Source of the DNA: an uncultured bacterium
GTDB lineage: Bacteria; Verrucomicrobiota; Verrucomicrobiia; Verrucomicrobiales; DEV007
DNA length: 64,000 nucleotides
Assembly (NCBI GenBank): GCA_963977015.1
Contig: CAXBMO010000017.1
Span: 32,001-96,000, forward strand
Direction: 5' to 3'
Shown here: positions 20,937-30,218 of the stretch, one piece after another
Layout of the letters: each line of letters begins with the position of its first letter
Position numbering within the stretch: the stretch's first letter is position 1
Program-made: the position numbers and the translations under genes
Notes under the pieces: model-generated
What the model was told of the DNA's origin: nothing
Seen by the model: the letters and a program-made list of their open reading frames with translations, nothing else
Databases searched by the model: none

Positions 20937-21848
20937 ATGAATCGCACCATCGGCATCGGAATTGCCGTGCTTATTTTGGCTGGAACAGGCTACCTGGCGG
21001 CAGAATTTATCGTCAATTCGCGGATAAAAGGCGAGATCGACGCCGAGATTGAGCGCCATCGCGAAGACGCGGACATCAGCTACGGCAAATTCCGCTACGA
21101 CCTCGCCAGCAGTTCGGCACGAATGTCCCAATTTCAGATTGAAGGAAAAAAGGGGCAGAAAGGCAAAGTCACCGTCGATGAGATGATCGTCGATGACTTC
21201 AAGCCCCGCACAGAGGATGAATCATTCCCGTCGATGTTGAATTTCAAGGCGCTTGGAATCCAGCTCTCTGAAGAGGTGAATCCCGAGTTGAGCGAAGAAC
21301 TCAAGGAACTGGGCTATGAGGAGCCGCCACGGATGGATGCGGCGATCGATTACGAATACAATCTGGAAACCAAGCAGTTGGATATCCGTAAAGCTGCGTT
21401 GATGGGAGACGACATGGGAGAACTTTCCATCTCCCTCAGCCTCACCAATTTCACACCGCCACCAACACCTCCGCCGGGCGAAGAACTCAACCCGCTCCAA
21501 TTGATGGCGATGCTCTCAGCCTTGTCGATCCAATCCTGCGAAATCACCTTCCGGGACAACGGCATCACCAATCGGTTCCTCGACCGCGGAGCGGAAACCG
21601 CAGGAGTGACCCGCGATGAATTCGTCACCAGCCTGATCGCAGACTTGAGGGAAGGCCTGAAATCCGATTCCAGCACACTCAATCGCCAGGCGCTCGCCTC
21701 TGTGGAGCAGTTTCTCGACGATCCTGATCAGCTGAAAGTTACCATTCAGCCTGCCAGCCCCATTTCCGTCGCATCGATTGTCGCAGCGAAGTTCCTCGGT
21801 GGCGGCGCTCAGATTCCCCAGATGTTGGGAATCGAAGTGAGCAACTGA
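20937..21848 (+). CDS. Hypothetical membrane-anchored periplasmic protein
   Basis: 303 aa ORF with one N-terminal TM helix; fills the gap between neighbouring genes. Confidence 0.75.
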   Translation: MNRTIGIGIAVLILAGTGYLAAEFIVNSRIKGEIDAEIERHREDADISYGKFRYDLASSSARMSQFQIEGKKGQKGKVTVDEMIVDDFKPRTEDESFPSMLNFKALGIQLSEEVNPELSEELKELGYEEPPRMDAAIDYEYNLETKQLDIRKAALMGDDMGELSISLSLTNFTPPPTPPPGEELNPLQLMAMLSALSIQSCEITFRDNGITNRFLDRGAETAGVTRDEFVTSLIADLREGLKSDSSTLNRQALASVEQFLDDPDQLKVTIQPASPISVASIVAAKFLGGGAQIPQMLGIEVSN

Positions 21849-21857
21849 AGCGCCAAC

Positions 21858-23243
21858 CTACTGCAGGTAGCTTTCGACCCAGTAAGAACGCCAGAGGAGA
21901 TCCTCGAACAGCGTTGGATTCGTCGTTTCCGCGTAGAGATCGATCGTCCCGGAAGTAATCGCCACGCCCTCATCCGTTGCCAACCCGCCGTAGAGGTTTG
22001 TCGATCCGCCTGACGAAATGCTCAACGGCTGCTGCTCAGCAATCAGAAACAGCCGAAGGCTTCCTCCATCGTCAAAGGAGGTAGTGGTCGTGACCGCGTT
22101 GGAACCGGAAAGCGCGACCACCAAGGGTCTCGCGTTGGACGAGGTAAAATTAAGCGTCGCCAGCGATGCGGAATCGACAGCGTAGGTGACAACCGGCTGA
22201 TTCTCCACGGCAAGCGCTTCCGACGGAGTCGACTGCCCCGTAAAGGTCAACGTCACCACATTGTTGATGATGGTATCGACCAAGTCCAAACTCCTGAGAT
22301 CAACAGTCACGACACCCGCTCCATTGGAACTAACCCCATTGGTATTCACCGAAGAGCCACTCAACGCATCCACCGTAAAGGCGGAACCGCCGTTGCGAGA
22401 AATCATCTTGTTCGTGAAACTCGGAAACGAGCCACTGTCGTTGAACGGCCCCCAATCATCGTCAAAAAACTTCGGATAGGTTCCCGAGGGATTGTGGGTT
22501 GATCCAGCCGCCGCAAACCAGTTCGGCAGGTCGGTCACCACCAGATTATTGGGCGCAAGCGCTGCCCCCGAAAGATCGGTAACCGCAAAGTTCGTCTGAA
22601 CTGCGGTTTCGTTATTCGCGACCAATTCTTCCGTGGCAAACGCAAAGGTGTTGTTCGCGCCGGAGTGCTGCCAGATGGCGCTCTTCCCATGAACCCGAAG
22701 ATTCCCGGAAACCGTTTTCGACGAAGTATGTCGACGAGATTCAAAGAGGTGATCGGACAGATTCAAAGCCCGGCTGCAGACTTGAAACTCGATCGTCTTG
22801 GGCGTCAGCGTCGTGCTCCAGGTTCCGGTTCCGGAATCGATATGACCGTAGACCGAAATATCAACCGTCTCGGCATAAGCGGCCCGATCGGGACTCGGGC
22901 TAACCTGGTTCACCGTTCCCAGCTGATTGGTCGTCGCAAAACCAGCGGTCGACCACGAAGGCGTGACGATGCGTCCCCAATTTCCCGGAAGATCAACCGT
23001 TTCGCCACCACCGGAAGCTGTCGTCCAGAAACGCTGATAGGCATAGGCTTTTGCGAGTTGCCGGCCATTCATTTCCCGGACATGCCGGATCGCACGATCC
23101 TCGAGCGAATTGACCTGTTCCATTCGGGCATTCATCACCGCGATGAGGGAGAGCATGCCCATTGTACCAAGCGCCATCACGATCATCGCAATGACGGTAA
23201 AAGTGCCGCGACAATGAAATTTGCGGGAGAGTTGAGAAGTCAT
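21858..23243 (-). CDS. PilX-like minor pilin with a Ser/Thr/Asn-rich beta domain
   Basis: Basic leader, then G|TFTVIAMIVMALG hydrophobic helix lacking Glu5; third gene of a prepilin cassette. Confidence 0.65.
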   Translation of the reverse strand: MTSQLSRKFHCRGTFTVIAMIVMALGTMGMLSLIAVMNARMEQVNSLEDRAIRHVREMNGRQLAKAYAYQRFWTTASGGGETVDLPGNWGRIVTPSWSTAGFATTNQLGTVNQVSPSPDRAAYAETVDISVYGHIDSGTGTWSTTLTPKTIEFQVCSRALNLSDHLFESRRHTSSKTVSGNLRVHGKSAIWQHSGANNTFAFATEELVANNETAVQTNFAVTDLSGAALAPNNLVVTDLPNWFAAAGSTHNPSGTYPKFFDDDWGPFNDSGSFPSFTNKMISRNGGSAFTVDALSGSSVNTNGVSSNGAGVVTVDLRSLDLVDTIINNVVTLTFTGQSTPSEALAVENQPVVTYAVDSASLATLNFTSSNARPLVVALSGSNAVTTTTSFDDGGSLRLFLIAEQQPLSISSGGSTNLYGGLATDEGVAITSGTIDLYAETTNPTLFEDLLWRSYWVESYLQ

Positions 23244-23261
23244 GATGCAGTCAGCCGGGGG

Positions 23262-23723
23262 TTATTCGTAGTTCCGAATCTGGAGGTTGGAGCGATACGC
23301 CTTCAGATCGAGCGTTCGAGTCGGAATCGTAGCCTGCGATCCACCCGTCCATTTTCCTTCCGACCAACTTCCTTCGTCGCGAACCGGTTGGATCGAAGCA
23401 CGAAACGTCGTCGACTTGAAAGCCATTTCCGAAATGGTGTCCGAGACCTCCGCAACCTGAACCGTGACGGTCGTATCGGGGTCCGTCGGCAAATAGGCAA
23501 TCGCGTCCGATGGAGCCATTCCCAAAACATAGAGCGCTACCGCATTTTCCGCCAGGTTCAGGCCACGCGTTACGCGCCAGGACATGTCTTCCTGCGTATT
23601 CATCGTCAACGTCAACGAGGCTGCGGCGCTAACGCCAACGCCAAGAATGGCTGATGCGACGAGAACGTCGGCAAGGGAGTATCCCTTGTTTCGCTTTCTT
23701 TTGAAGGGGTGTTTGAACGTCAT
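23262..23723 (-). CDS. PilV-like minor pilin (prepilin peptidase substrate)
   Basis: KRKRNKG|YSLADVLVASAILGVG class III signal. Confidence 0.8.
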   Translation of the reverse strand: MTFKHPFKRKRNKGYSLADVLVASAILGVGVSAAASLTLTMNTQEDMSWRVTRGLNLAENAVALYVLGMAPSDAIAYLPTDPDTTVTVQVAEVSDTISEMAFKSTTFRASIQPVRDEGSWSEGKWTGGSQATIPTRTLDLKAYRSNLQIRNYE

Positions 23724-23731
23724 GGTCAGAC

Positions 23732-24652
23732 TTAGTGAAGGCTTGGAAATGCGGGAATCGTGAACATGAACTGGGTCCGGCCTCCCATCTTGTAGTAATC
23801 CCAAACCGCGTGGCCAGCGGCCTGTGACGGGGCCGGCGGATCCGTCGGAGATTCGAGGGTCCGGGTCGAGGGATCCGGAAGCCAAAGGAAGTAGAACGGC
23901 TGCTCCTGGGCGATCATGTACTTCGCCTTGTCAGCATCTGCCTCAAATGGCGCCTGGGCCTTCCGCTTAAAATACGCGATCATCGGACTGAAAGCGGTTC
24001 CCGTCCCAGTTGGAAAAAGCACATCGTAATAGGCGGTCATCAATCCGTTCTCATACCTTCGAACGGAGACATACTTGCCCTGAGTTACCGAGACGATATC
24101 GATGTCGTAAACCGCGACCACCGCCAACTCCGTCGCCGAGGAGCCGGGGGCAATCATGTAAACGGTCGCGTCTTCGGCCGTGGAAATCGTATCGTAGGCC
24201 ACAAACACGGCTGCAGCCGTCGCATCCAGAGTCAAAAGGTGCTGACGAAACGCCTCAGGCGTATCCAACGTGGCGCTTCCATCGGCGTAGGCAATGGTGG
24301 CCCCCCGCATCGTGTTCAAACCATTGCGACCGAGGCAGAAAACCGCAGAGGACTTTGCCATGTCATCGAGGAAATTCTCGCTGAGGTTAGCTGCCATGGC
24401 CGTGCGACCGAAATTGGGAGCGGAGTAAACCTCGATGGAATTCTGATCCAAGCCATAGAAGTTCTGAATCACGGCGTTGCTTGCCGCATCGTCTGCTCCC
24501 AGCTTGATCGTCTCAATCGTTGCGAGCACTTTCCGGTTCGCCGTGATGTTCTGGAAAATAAGAGCAGCTGCGGAGAAGAAAATCGAAGACAGTCCGATTG
24601 TCACAAGGACTTCAATGACGCTGAAGCCACGATTACGGGGAAATTCTTTCAT
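23732..24652 (-). CDS. PilW/PulJ-like minor pilin (prepilin peptidase substrate)
   Basis: RNRG|FSVIEVLVTIGL class III signal with Glu5. Confidence 0.82.
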   Translation of the reverse strand: MKEFPRNRGFSVIEVLVTIGLSSIFFSAAALIFQNITANRKVLATIETIKLGADDAASNAVIQNFYGLDQNSIEVYSAPNFGRTAMAANLSENFLDDMAKSSAVFCLGRNGLNTMRGATIAYADGSATLDTPEAFRQHLLTLDATAAAVFVAYDTISTAEDATVYMIAPGSSATELAVVAVYDIDIVSVTQGKYVSVRRYENGLMTAYYDVLFPTGTGTAFSPMIAYFKRKAQAPFEADADKAKYMIAQEQPFYFLWLPDPSTRTLESPTDPPAPSQAAGHAVWDYYKMGGRTQFMFTIPAFPSLH

Positions 24653-24814
24653 AGAGCGAGTGAGAGTATAATATTTTAGATCCATTTACCATATTTACCA
24701 GAACTTTTAAGAATTCGATTCTCACTCTCTGGATTCGAAGCAAAACAGATCGAACTCGCGTTCTCTTACAGGCTGGTTTTTGACAACTGAGCCCAGCGGA
24801 CCTAAATCAAGGGC

Positions 24815-26578
24815 ATGAAACCTTCCCAAATTGCTCTGGGCTTGTGGAACCACCTCGAAGGTGAAGATTCAGGCGCTGAGTTGATTCGAGTAGCTCTGGA
24901 ATCCGGAGTCCGAACCTTCATCACATCGGACTCACTTGGAGGCGGCAAAGCCGATCGTATTCTCGGTGAAGCGATCCGTGACTCAGGCATTGCCCGCCAG
25001 GATTTGTGCATCATTGGGTGCATCGGTTACGTTGCAGGGAACGCAGGCCACGGCTACTCCACTGCGAAAGCCAGATTTACGGGCACCAGAGAGGAGTCGG
25101 AATACGCCGCCTATATCGATTCAGCGGTGAAGTCCTCGCTTGAGGCTCTCGGGCTCGAATCCTTCGACGTTCTTCTGCTTCAGGATCCCGACCAGACCGG
25201 ATTTCGGAGCATCGTCGTTTGGGATGCCCTTGCCAAAGTAAAGAGCGACGGTTTAGCCGCGTCTCTGGGAATCGCTCCCGGCCCCGCCAACGGTTACACG
25301 CTGGACTTGCTACACGCTTTTGACCAATTTGGCGACCGAATCGACTACGCAATGGTCGTCTACAGTCCGATCGAATCCTGGCCCGGTGAACTCTGCCTTC
25401 AGGCCGCCACCGAAGCTGGAATCGATTTGATCGTGCGCGAAAGTGTTGTTCCCGGTGGTCCCAACGCCCCGGCCGAAAAGGAGAAACGCCAAGCCAAACG
25501 GGATGCCGTCCGCGAAATCAGCGAATCGAGAATTACCAGCCACGGCGTCGCCACGTTGGAAGAACTTTGGGTCGCCTGGAGCCTTGCTCCTCCGGCGGTG
25601 AAAAGCGTTGTTGCCCCACTCCCCGGACCGGACAATGCCCCGTTGAAGGATCGTTTGGAAAGCCTTGTCTCGCTCGAAAACCTGGACACCACCGAACTGG
25701 CCAAAGACTTTGACCAAGTCCGCGAAACGGGCTCAAACCGTGGCATGGTTGCGCTCAAGGGCGGAACCCAGCAGTTTCAGGGAAAAATCCAGACCGAGCA
25801 ATGGCCGCTCGACGACGAACTGGAGAAAACGGCGGAGAAACACGGAATCGTCCTCGATCGCGATTACCTCTGCAAGGGTGATCCCCGCGATCATCGCGAC
25901 TTTGGCATGCCCAAACGTGGTGTCCCCCAGGCAATCGACCGGCGTCTCTTCATTCAGCTTCAAGTCTTTACCGACGTCGATCGCGACGCTGCCGTCGCTG
26001 AATTGGAATCGGCAAAAACGCCCGCAGTTGGATATGCCGATTTGAACGACCCTCGCGGAATGGGCGTTCTCCTCTGGGACGAGGATCCAATTGCCCTGAG
26101 TCAGCGGGCCTCTGAAACCTACGGATCCCCGGGATTTTCCCAAGCCACGTTGAAGCCGGAATTCACGATGCTGGGCCGGACCTACGCGTTCGGTCGCGAG
26201 GACGACGTCGAATACTGGCTCACGAAACGCCCGATTGAGAGCGCCACGTTTGCTGGTCGCCCTTGGGCTGTTTGGTATCCGCTTCGTCGCAAACCAGAGT
26301 TTTACCGCTTGCCCCGAACCGAGCAGGCGGAGATGCTTCGCGAGCACGGAATTATCGGCCACCACTATGGTTCGGCCGCCTATGCGACAGACATCCGTTT
26401 GGAATGTTTCGGGATGGATTCCAACGACAACGAGTTTGTGTTGGGCCTGCTCAGCGATCGGCTCTACTGGCTGTCGCGACTCGTCAAAGACATGCGAAGC
26501 ACCAAGCAAACCGGCGAATTCATGGATAGTTTGGGGCCGTTTTTTGTCGGTCACACCATTTATCAACACGCCGGTTAG
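24815..26578 (+). CDS. Fusion of an aldo/keto reductase-like domain and a chlorite dismutase/ChdC-fold heme domain
   Basis: N-half IALGLW, ALESGVRTF, SLEALGLESFDVLLL; C-half WAVWYPLRRKPEFYRL...EHGIIG...DIRL...DNEFVLGL...MR. Confidence 0.8.
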   Translation: MKPSQIALGLWNHLEGEDSGAELIRVALESGVRTFITSDSLGGGKADRILGEAIRDSGIARQDLCIIGCIGYVAGNAGHGYSTAKARFTGTREESEYAAYIDSAVKSSLEALGLESFDVLLLQDPDQTGFRSIVVWDALAKVKSDGLAASLGIAPGPANGYTLDLLHAFDQFGDRIDYAMVVYSPIESWPGELCLQAATEAGIDLIVRESVVPGGPNAPAEKEKRQAKRDAVREISESRITSHGVATLEELWVAWSLAPPAVKSVVAPLPGPDNAPLKDRLESLVSLENLDTTELAKDFDQVRETGSNRGMVALKGGTQQFQGKIQTEQWPLDDELEKTAEKHGIVLDRDYLCKGDPRDHRDFGMPKRGVPQAIDRRLFIQLQVFTDVDRDAAVAELESAKTPAVGYADLNDPRGMGVLLWDEDPIALSQRASETYGSPGFSQATLKPEFTMLGRTYAFGREDDVEYWLTKRPIESATFAGRPWAVWYPLRRKPEFYRLPRTEQAEMLREHGIIGHHYGSAAYATDIRLECFGMDSNDNEFVLGLLSDRLYWLSRLVKDMRSTKQTGEFMDSLGPFFVGHTIYQHAG

Positions 26579-26608
26579 ACCATCGTCGAGGTAACCACGT
26601 CCCACCCG

Positions 26609-27499
26609 ATGCTCGACCTCGAATACCTTTCCCAGCTTCATCGCCAATTTCAGGACGAGCTATCCGCTCAACCGCAGACTTTTGAAATCCGCGGGCAAAG
26701 GTTCGGGCATTTCCCCGATGACACGGCGCTGATGGGCGTGGTGAACCTGTCTTCCGATTCCTGGTATCGGGAAAGCGTAAGCCTGACCACAGAATCTGCG
26801 ATTCGGCGTGGGAAACGACTGATGGCAGACGGCGCTCGCCTCATCGATCTTGGAGCCGAATCAACGATTCTTAACGCCGAGCGCGTTGACGCAGAAGGTC
26901 AGCAGGCCGCACTTTTGCCGGTCGTCAGGGAACTCACGGCTCAGGGAGCCCTGGTTTCAACCGAGACCTACAATCTGGAAGTGGCCCAGGCCTGCCTCGA
27001 AGCCGGAGCTGCGGTTCTCAACCTCACGGCCGCCGAGTACACCTCCGACTTTTACGAACTCGCGGCAACGCACGAAGCGGGCGTCGTCATTTGCTACCTC
27101 CAGGGAAATCACGCCCGTGAAGTCGCCGACTTTCAACTCTCCACCGATCACACGGCGGTTCTACATCGCTACTTCGCCAACGAAATCGAACGAGCCACTT
27201 CCGCCGGAGTCCGGCGGATCTGGATTGATCCCGGTTTGGGCTTTTACTACAAAAACCTCCAGGATTCGTCGGAACGCGTTCGCTACCAAATGCAGACCTT
27301 TCTCAACGCCTTCCGGCTTCGCACGTTGGGATGGCCCGTCTGCCAGGCGTTACCCCACGCTTTTGAATTCTTCGAAGACGAAGTTCGCTGCGCCGAACCG
27401 TTCTTCGCCGTCCTTGCGGCCCTCGGAAAGGTCGACCTAATCCGAACCCACGAGGTCAGCCGCGTTCGGGGAGTTCTTCAAACCATGTCGGCCCACTAA
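26609..27499 (+). CDS. Dihydropteroate synthase-like pterin-binding enzyme (atypical FolP)
   Basis: LMGVVNLSSDSW, IDLGAEST, IDPGLGF, IRTHEV; the canonical SRK motif is absent. Confidence 0.82.
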   Translation: MLDLEYLSQLHRQFQDELSAQPQTFEIRGQRFGHFPDDTALMGVVNLSSDSWYRESVSLTTESAIRRGKRLMADGARLIDLGAESTILNAERVDAEGQQAALLPVVRELTAQGALVSTETYNLEVAQACLEAGAAVLNLTAAEYTSDFYELAATHEAGVVICYLQGNHAREVADFQLSTDHTAVLHRYFANEIERATSAGVRRIWIDPGLGFYYKNLQDSSERVRYQMQTFLNAFRLRTLGWPVCQALPHAFEFFEDEVRCAEPFFAVLAALGKVDLIRTHEVSRVRGVLQTMSAH

Positions 27500-29401
27500 C
27501 GAAGCCGCCTTGTGGTTTTTGGTTCGGCTCTCGACGAACTTGACGGCAGGAACGCCTTCAATATCATCGATGAACTCGGAGGTTCCCGACGCAGTCAGCG
27601 CCAGGAACGACTCCGCCCGGGTGATGCCGACATAGAAGAGGCGGCGATCTTGAAGGCGCTCCGCAGTCGATCCAAAGCGGTAGGGCAACTTGTCCGTCCA
27701 AACGAGAATCACCGCCCGGTACTGGAGCCCCTTGGCTGAGTGGATCGTTTGCAGCTTCACGGAAGAGCGGTCCAGTTTTCCCACTTCGCCGAATTGAACC
27801 GGCACTCCGCGAGCCGTGAGATCCTTCGCAAATCTCTTCAGCAATGCCTTATCATCGGCATTGCTCGCCGGATAGAGGACGCCGATTTCCTGCGGCTGCA
27901 ATGGCGCGATTTCGCGCCCATCCCATTTCCCGGCCAGAAGTTGATCAATGATTCTGGCAGCCTCCCGCAACTCTCCCTTTCGATGACTGGCCCGAATCAG
28001 GAGCGGGCTGGCACCGGTGCTGCGAACACAATTCGTCATCTCCACCCGGACGGAGGCAATGGTCTCTTCATCGGTGCCTTCTCCGATCTCGGCGGCGGTG
28101 GCGAAGGTTTCCGCCAGAGCCACGATTTCGCTGGGGTTGCGGTAGTTTTGATGGAGGAAATAGCGCTGCGACGTTGTGCGCCCCCGCGCCTTGATGCCGA
28201 GAGCCGCCCAGGAGACTTTCGAGCGCCGATAAAGCCCCTGCGAACCATCGGCCACGATAAGCAAATCGCCATCGACCGGATCCCGATGCATCGCGAGCAG
28301 GCAGCGAAACCAGTTCGGCTCGAAATCCTGCGCCTCATCAACCAAAATCACATCAAATGCCCCGCTGTGCTTCGATCCACCATTCAGCCGAGCCAGGAAC
28401 CGGTCGCCCAACTCTTCATCAAGACCTTTGGCATCGAAGCGCTCGCCATTCTGATTGGCGAGGCTGTGGAAGGTGGCCACCGTCACTTGGGGCAAATCGG
28501 CCAGCTTCTCCTTCAGCCAGCCAACCAGGGCGCGATTGTAGCAGGTCAGCAGAATCCGCGCGTCCGGATTTTCTGAGGCGACCCGTTTCGCCCGTGCCAG
28601 GAGAATCAGCGTCTTGCCGGAACCGGCCACGCCGTAGAGAATGCGATGCCCTGTCCCCAACGACAACGCAAAGTCCTGCTGGCGTTCGTCCAGTTCCTTG
28701 AGCAACCCGAGTCTTTCGGAAAGCGGGAGAGGCGTGTCCGCTATTTTTTTCAGCGATACCCGATCATCAAAGAAGATCTCTGGACAAATCTCTGTTCGGA
28801 GCGCTTTCAGGTGCTCATGAGCCATCTTTGGGATTGGCCAAAATGGCGAGAAAAATTTCACGATCTCAGCCTGAAGCTCCTCCGGGGAAAGCGTCTCCCA
28901 AACATCGAGGGTTGTCTTCGTCACAAAGCGCTCCCGTGGGAAAATCTCCAGCAATTGGTCCTCTTCCAAATCCGCATCCTTGAGATTCGGCAAAACGCCA
29001 AAGCGTCCCATGGGAAAGCGAATCCGTCCCTCGTATTCTCCATCAGGATGCGAATAAACCGGCGCAAACTCGGACTCCGTCAGTCGATTCTTCAAATCAA
29101 ACATATAGTCCCTCGCTTGCCGATCTGGATGCGTGCTGGTTTCCATCCCTCCGGTCTTCCGATTTCGCAAGGTCACGGTTTCCGACGAGCCACTCACGAT
29201 CGAATCCCGAAACCAACCTTTGACCTCAATCACGAGAACCCCATGGGTCGGAAGAATCACGACAAAATCGGGATACTTTCCCGCGATGCAAGGCTCGTAA
29301 TAAACGAAGCAATCGCCGGGGAGTTTTCCCAGAATGGCGTGAAGCCGTTTTTCTCCAGCAGTTGCCTTCGACTTAAGGATTGAGGGGATTAATTGTGCCA
29401 T
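27437..29401 (-). CDS. NERD nuclease fused to a superfamily-1 (UvrD-like) helicase
   Basis: PDFVVI...VIEVKGW (PD-(D/E)xK); GVAGSGKT; VDEAQD; NYRN; TIHSAKGLQY; YVGITRA. Confidence 0.9.
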   Translation of the reverse strand: MAQLIPSILKSKATAGEKRLHAILGKLPGDCFVYYEPCIAGKYPDFVVILPTHGVLVIEVKGWFRDSIVSGSSETVTLRNRKTGGMETSTHPDRQARDYMFDLKNRLTESEFAPVYSHPDGEYEGRIRFPMGRFGVLPNLKDADLEEDQLLEIFPRERFVTKTTLDVWETLSPEELQAEIVKFFSPFWPIPKMAHEHLKALRTEICPEIFFDDRVSLKKIADTPLPLSERLGLLKELDERQQDFALSLGTGHRILYGVAGSGKTLILLARAKRVASENPDARILLTCYNRALVGWLKEKLADLPQVTVATFHSLANQNGERFDAKGLDEELGDRFLARLNGGSKHSGAFDVILVDEAQDFEPNWFRCLLAMHRDPVDGDLLIVADGSQGLYRRSKVSWAALGIKARGRTTSQRYFLHQNYRNPSEIVALAETFATAAEIGEGTDEETIASVRVEMTNCVRSTGASPLLIRASHRKGELREAARIIDQLLAGKWDGREIAPLQPQEIGVLYPASNADDKALLKRFAKDLTARGVPVQFGEVGKLDRSSVKLQTIHSAKGLQYRAVILVWTDKLPYRFGSTAERLQDRRLFYVGITRAESFLALTASGTSEFIDDIEGVPAVKFVESRTKNHKAASLVGRHGLKNSPNAADLVGSD

Positions 29402-29473
29402 CGGTGCCCGAATTATAATTATGGTAATTATAACATAGGCAACCTGTCGGTGCTCAACTAATTTCTTGTAGCC

Positions 29474-30205
29474 ATGACTTCAAACGATCACCAACCAAAA
29501 ACCGCACTTGTCACCGGAGGCGGCAGCGGGATGGGCGCGGCGATTTGCGGGCATCTGGCGGAGTTGGGCTACGATGTAGCAGTTCATTACCACTCGAGCC
29601 GGGATTCTGCGGAAGCGGTGCAGCGAGCGGTGGAGAAGAGAGGCCGGCGCGCGCAACTCTTTCAGGCCAATCTCGCCGTTGAGGCGGAGGTTCTGCGAAT
29701 GAAGGCGGCCTTTCGCGAGAGCTGGAGTCACCTGGATCTCCTGATCAACAACGCCGGCGTTTACCACGAAAAAGCGTTCGCCGATCTGACGGAAGCGGAG
29801 TGGTTCACGGAACTGAATTCGACCGCCACCGCGGTTTACTTTACAACGCGGGCGTTTCTTCCCCTCATCCGTCCCGCCCGCGGCCGCGTCATCAACATTG
29901 GCGACGGCGCTTGTGACCGGCCCGGGGCTCGCGAGATGGCGCCGGCCTATCACATCGGCAAGACCGGCGTATTCATCCTGACCCGCAGCTTCGCCCAAGC
30001 GGAGGCGGCCCATGAGGTGGCCGTGAACATGGTTTCACCCGGGTTGCTCGAAACGAGTGTCGGCCTGGGGGCGTCGGATGTGGTTCCTTCGGGACGATTT
30101 GGCCGCTTTGAGGATATTTTTGCCGCCATCGACTTTCTGGCGACGGCGGAAACCCGCTACATCACGGGGTCGAACCTCATCGTCGGCGGCGGCTGGAATC
30201 TTTAA
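29474..30205 (+). CDS. SDR oxidoreductase, pteridine reductase (FolM/PTR1)-like
   Basis: ALVTGGGSGMG, VAVHYHSS, LINNAG, INIGD, YHIGK (YxxxK). Confidence 0.8.
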   Translation: MTSNDHQPKTALVTGGGSGMGAAICGHLAELGYDVAVHYHSSRDSAEAVQRAVEKRGRRAQLFQANLAVEAEVLRMKAAFRESWSHLDLLINNAGVYHEKAFADLTEAEWFTELNSTATAVYFTTRAFLPLIRPARGRVINIGDGACDRPGAREMAPAYHIGKTGVFILTRSFAQAEAAHEVAVNMVSPGLLETSVGLGASDVVPSGRFGRFEDIFAAIDFLATAETRYITGSNLIVGGGWNL

Positions 30206-30218
30206 AGATTCTCCAATC

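Noticed and set aside
23705-23717. AGGGGTGTTTGAA resembling the MITE end
   Set aside because: Short, inside a coding sequence and without a partner end; likely chance.
29441-29462. AACCTGTCGG...ACTAA resembling the folP 3' end (27481-27499) as a possible target duplication
   Set aside because: Too short and gapped to distinguish from chance.
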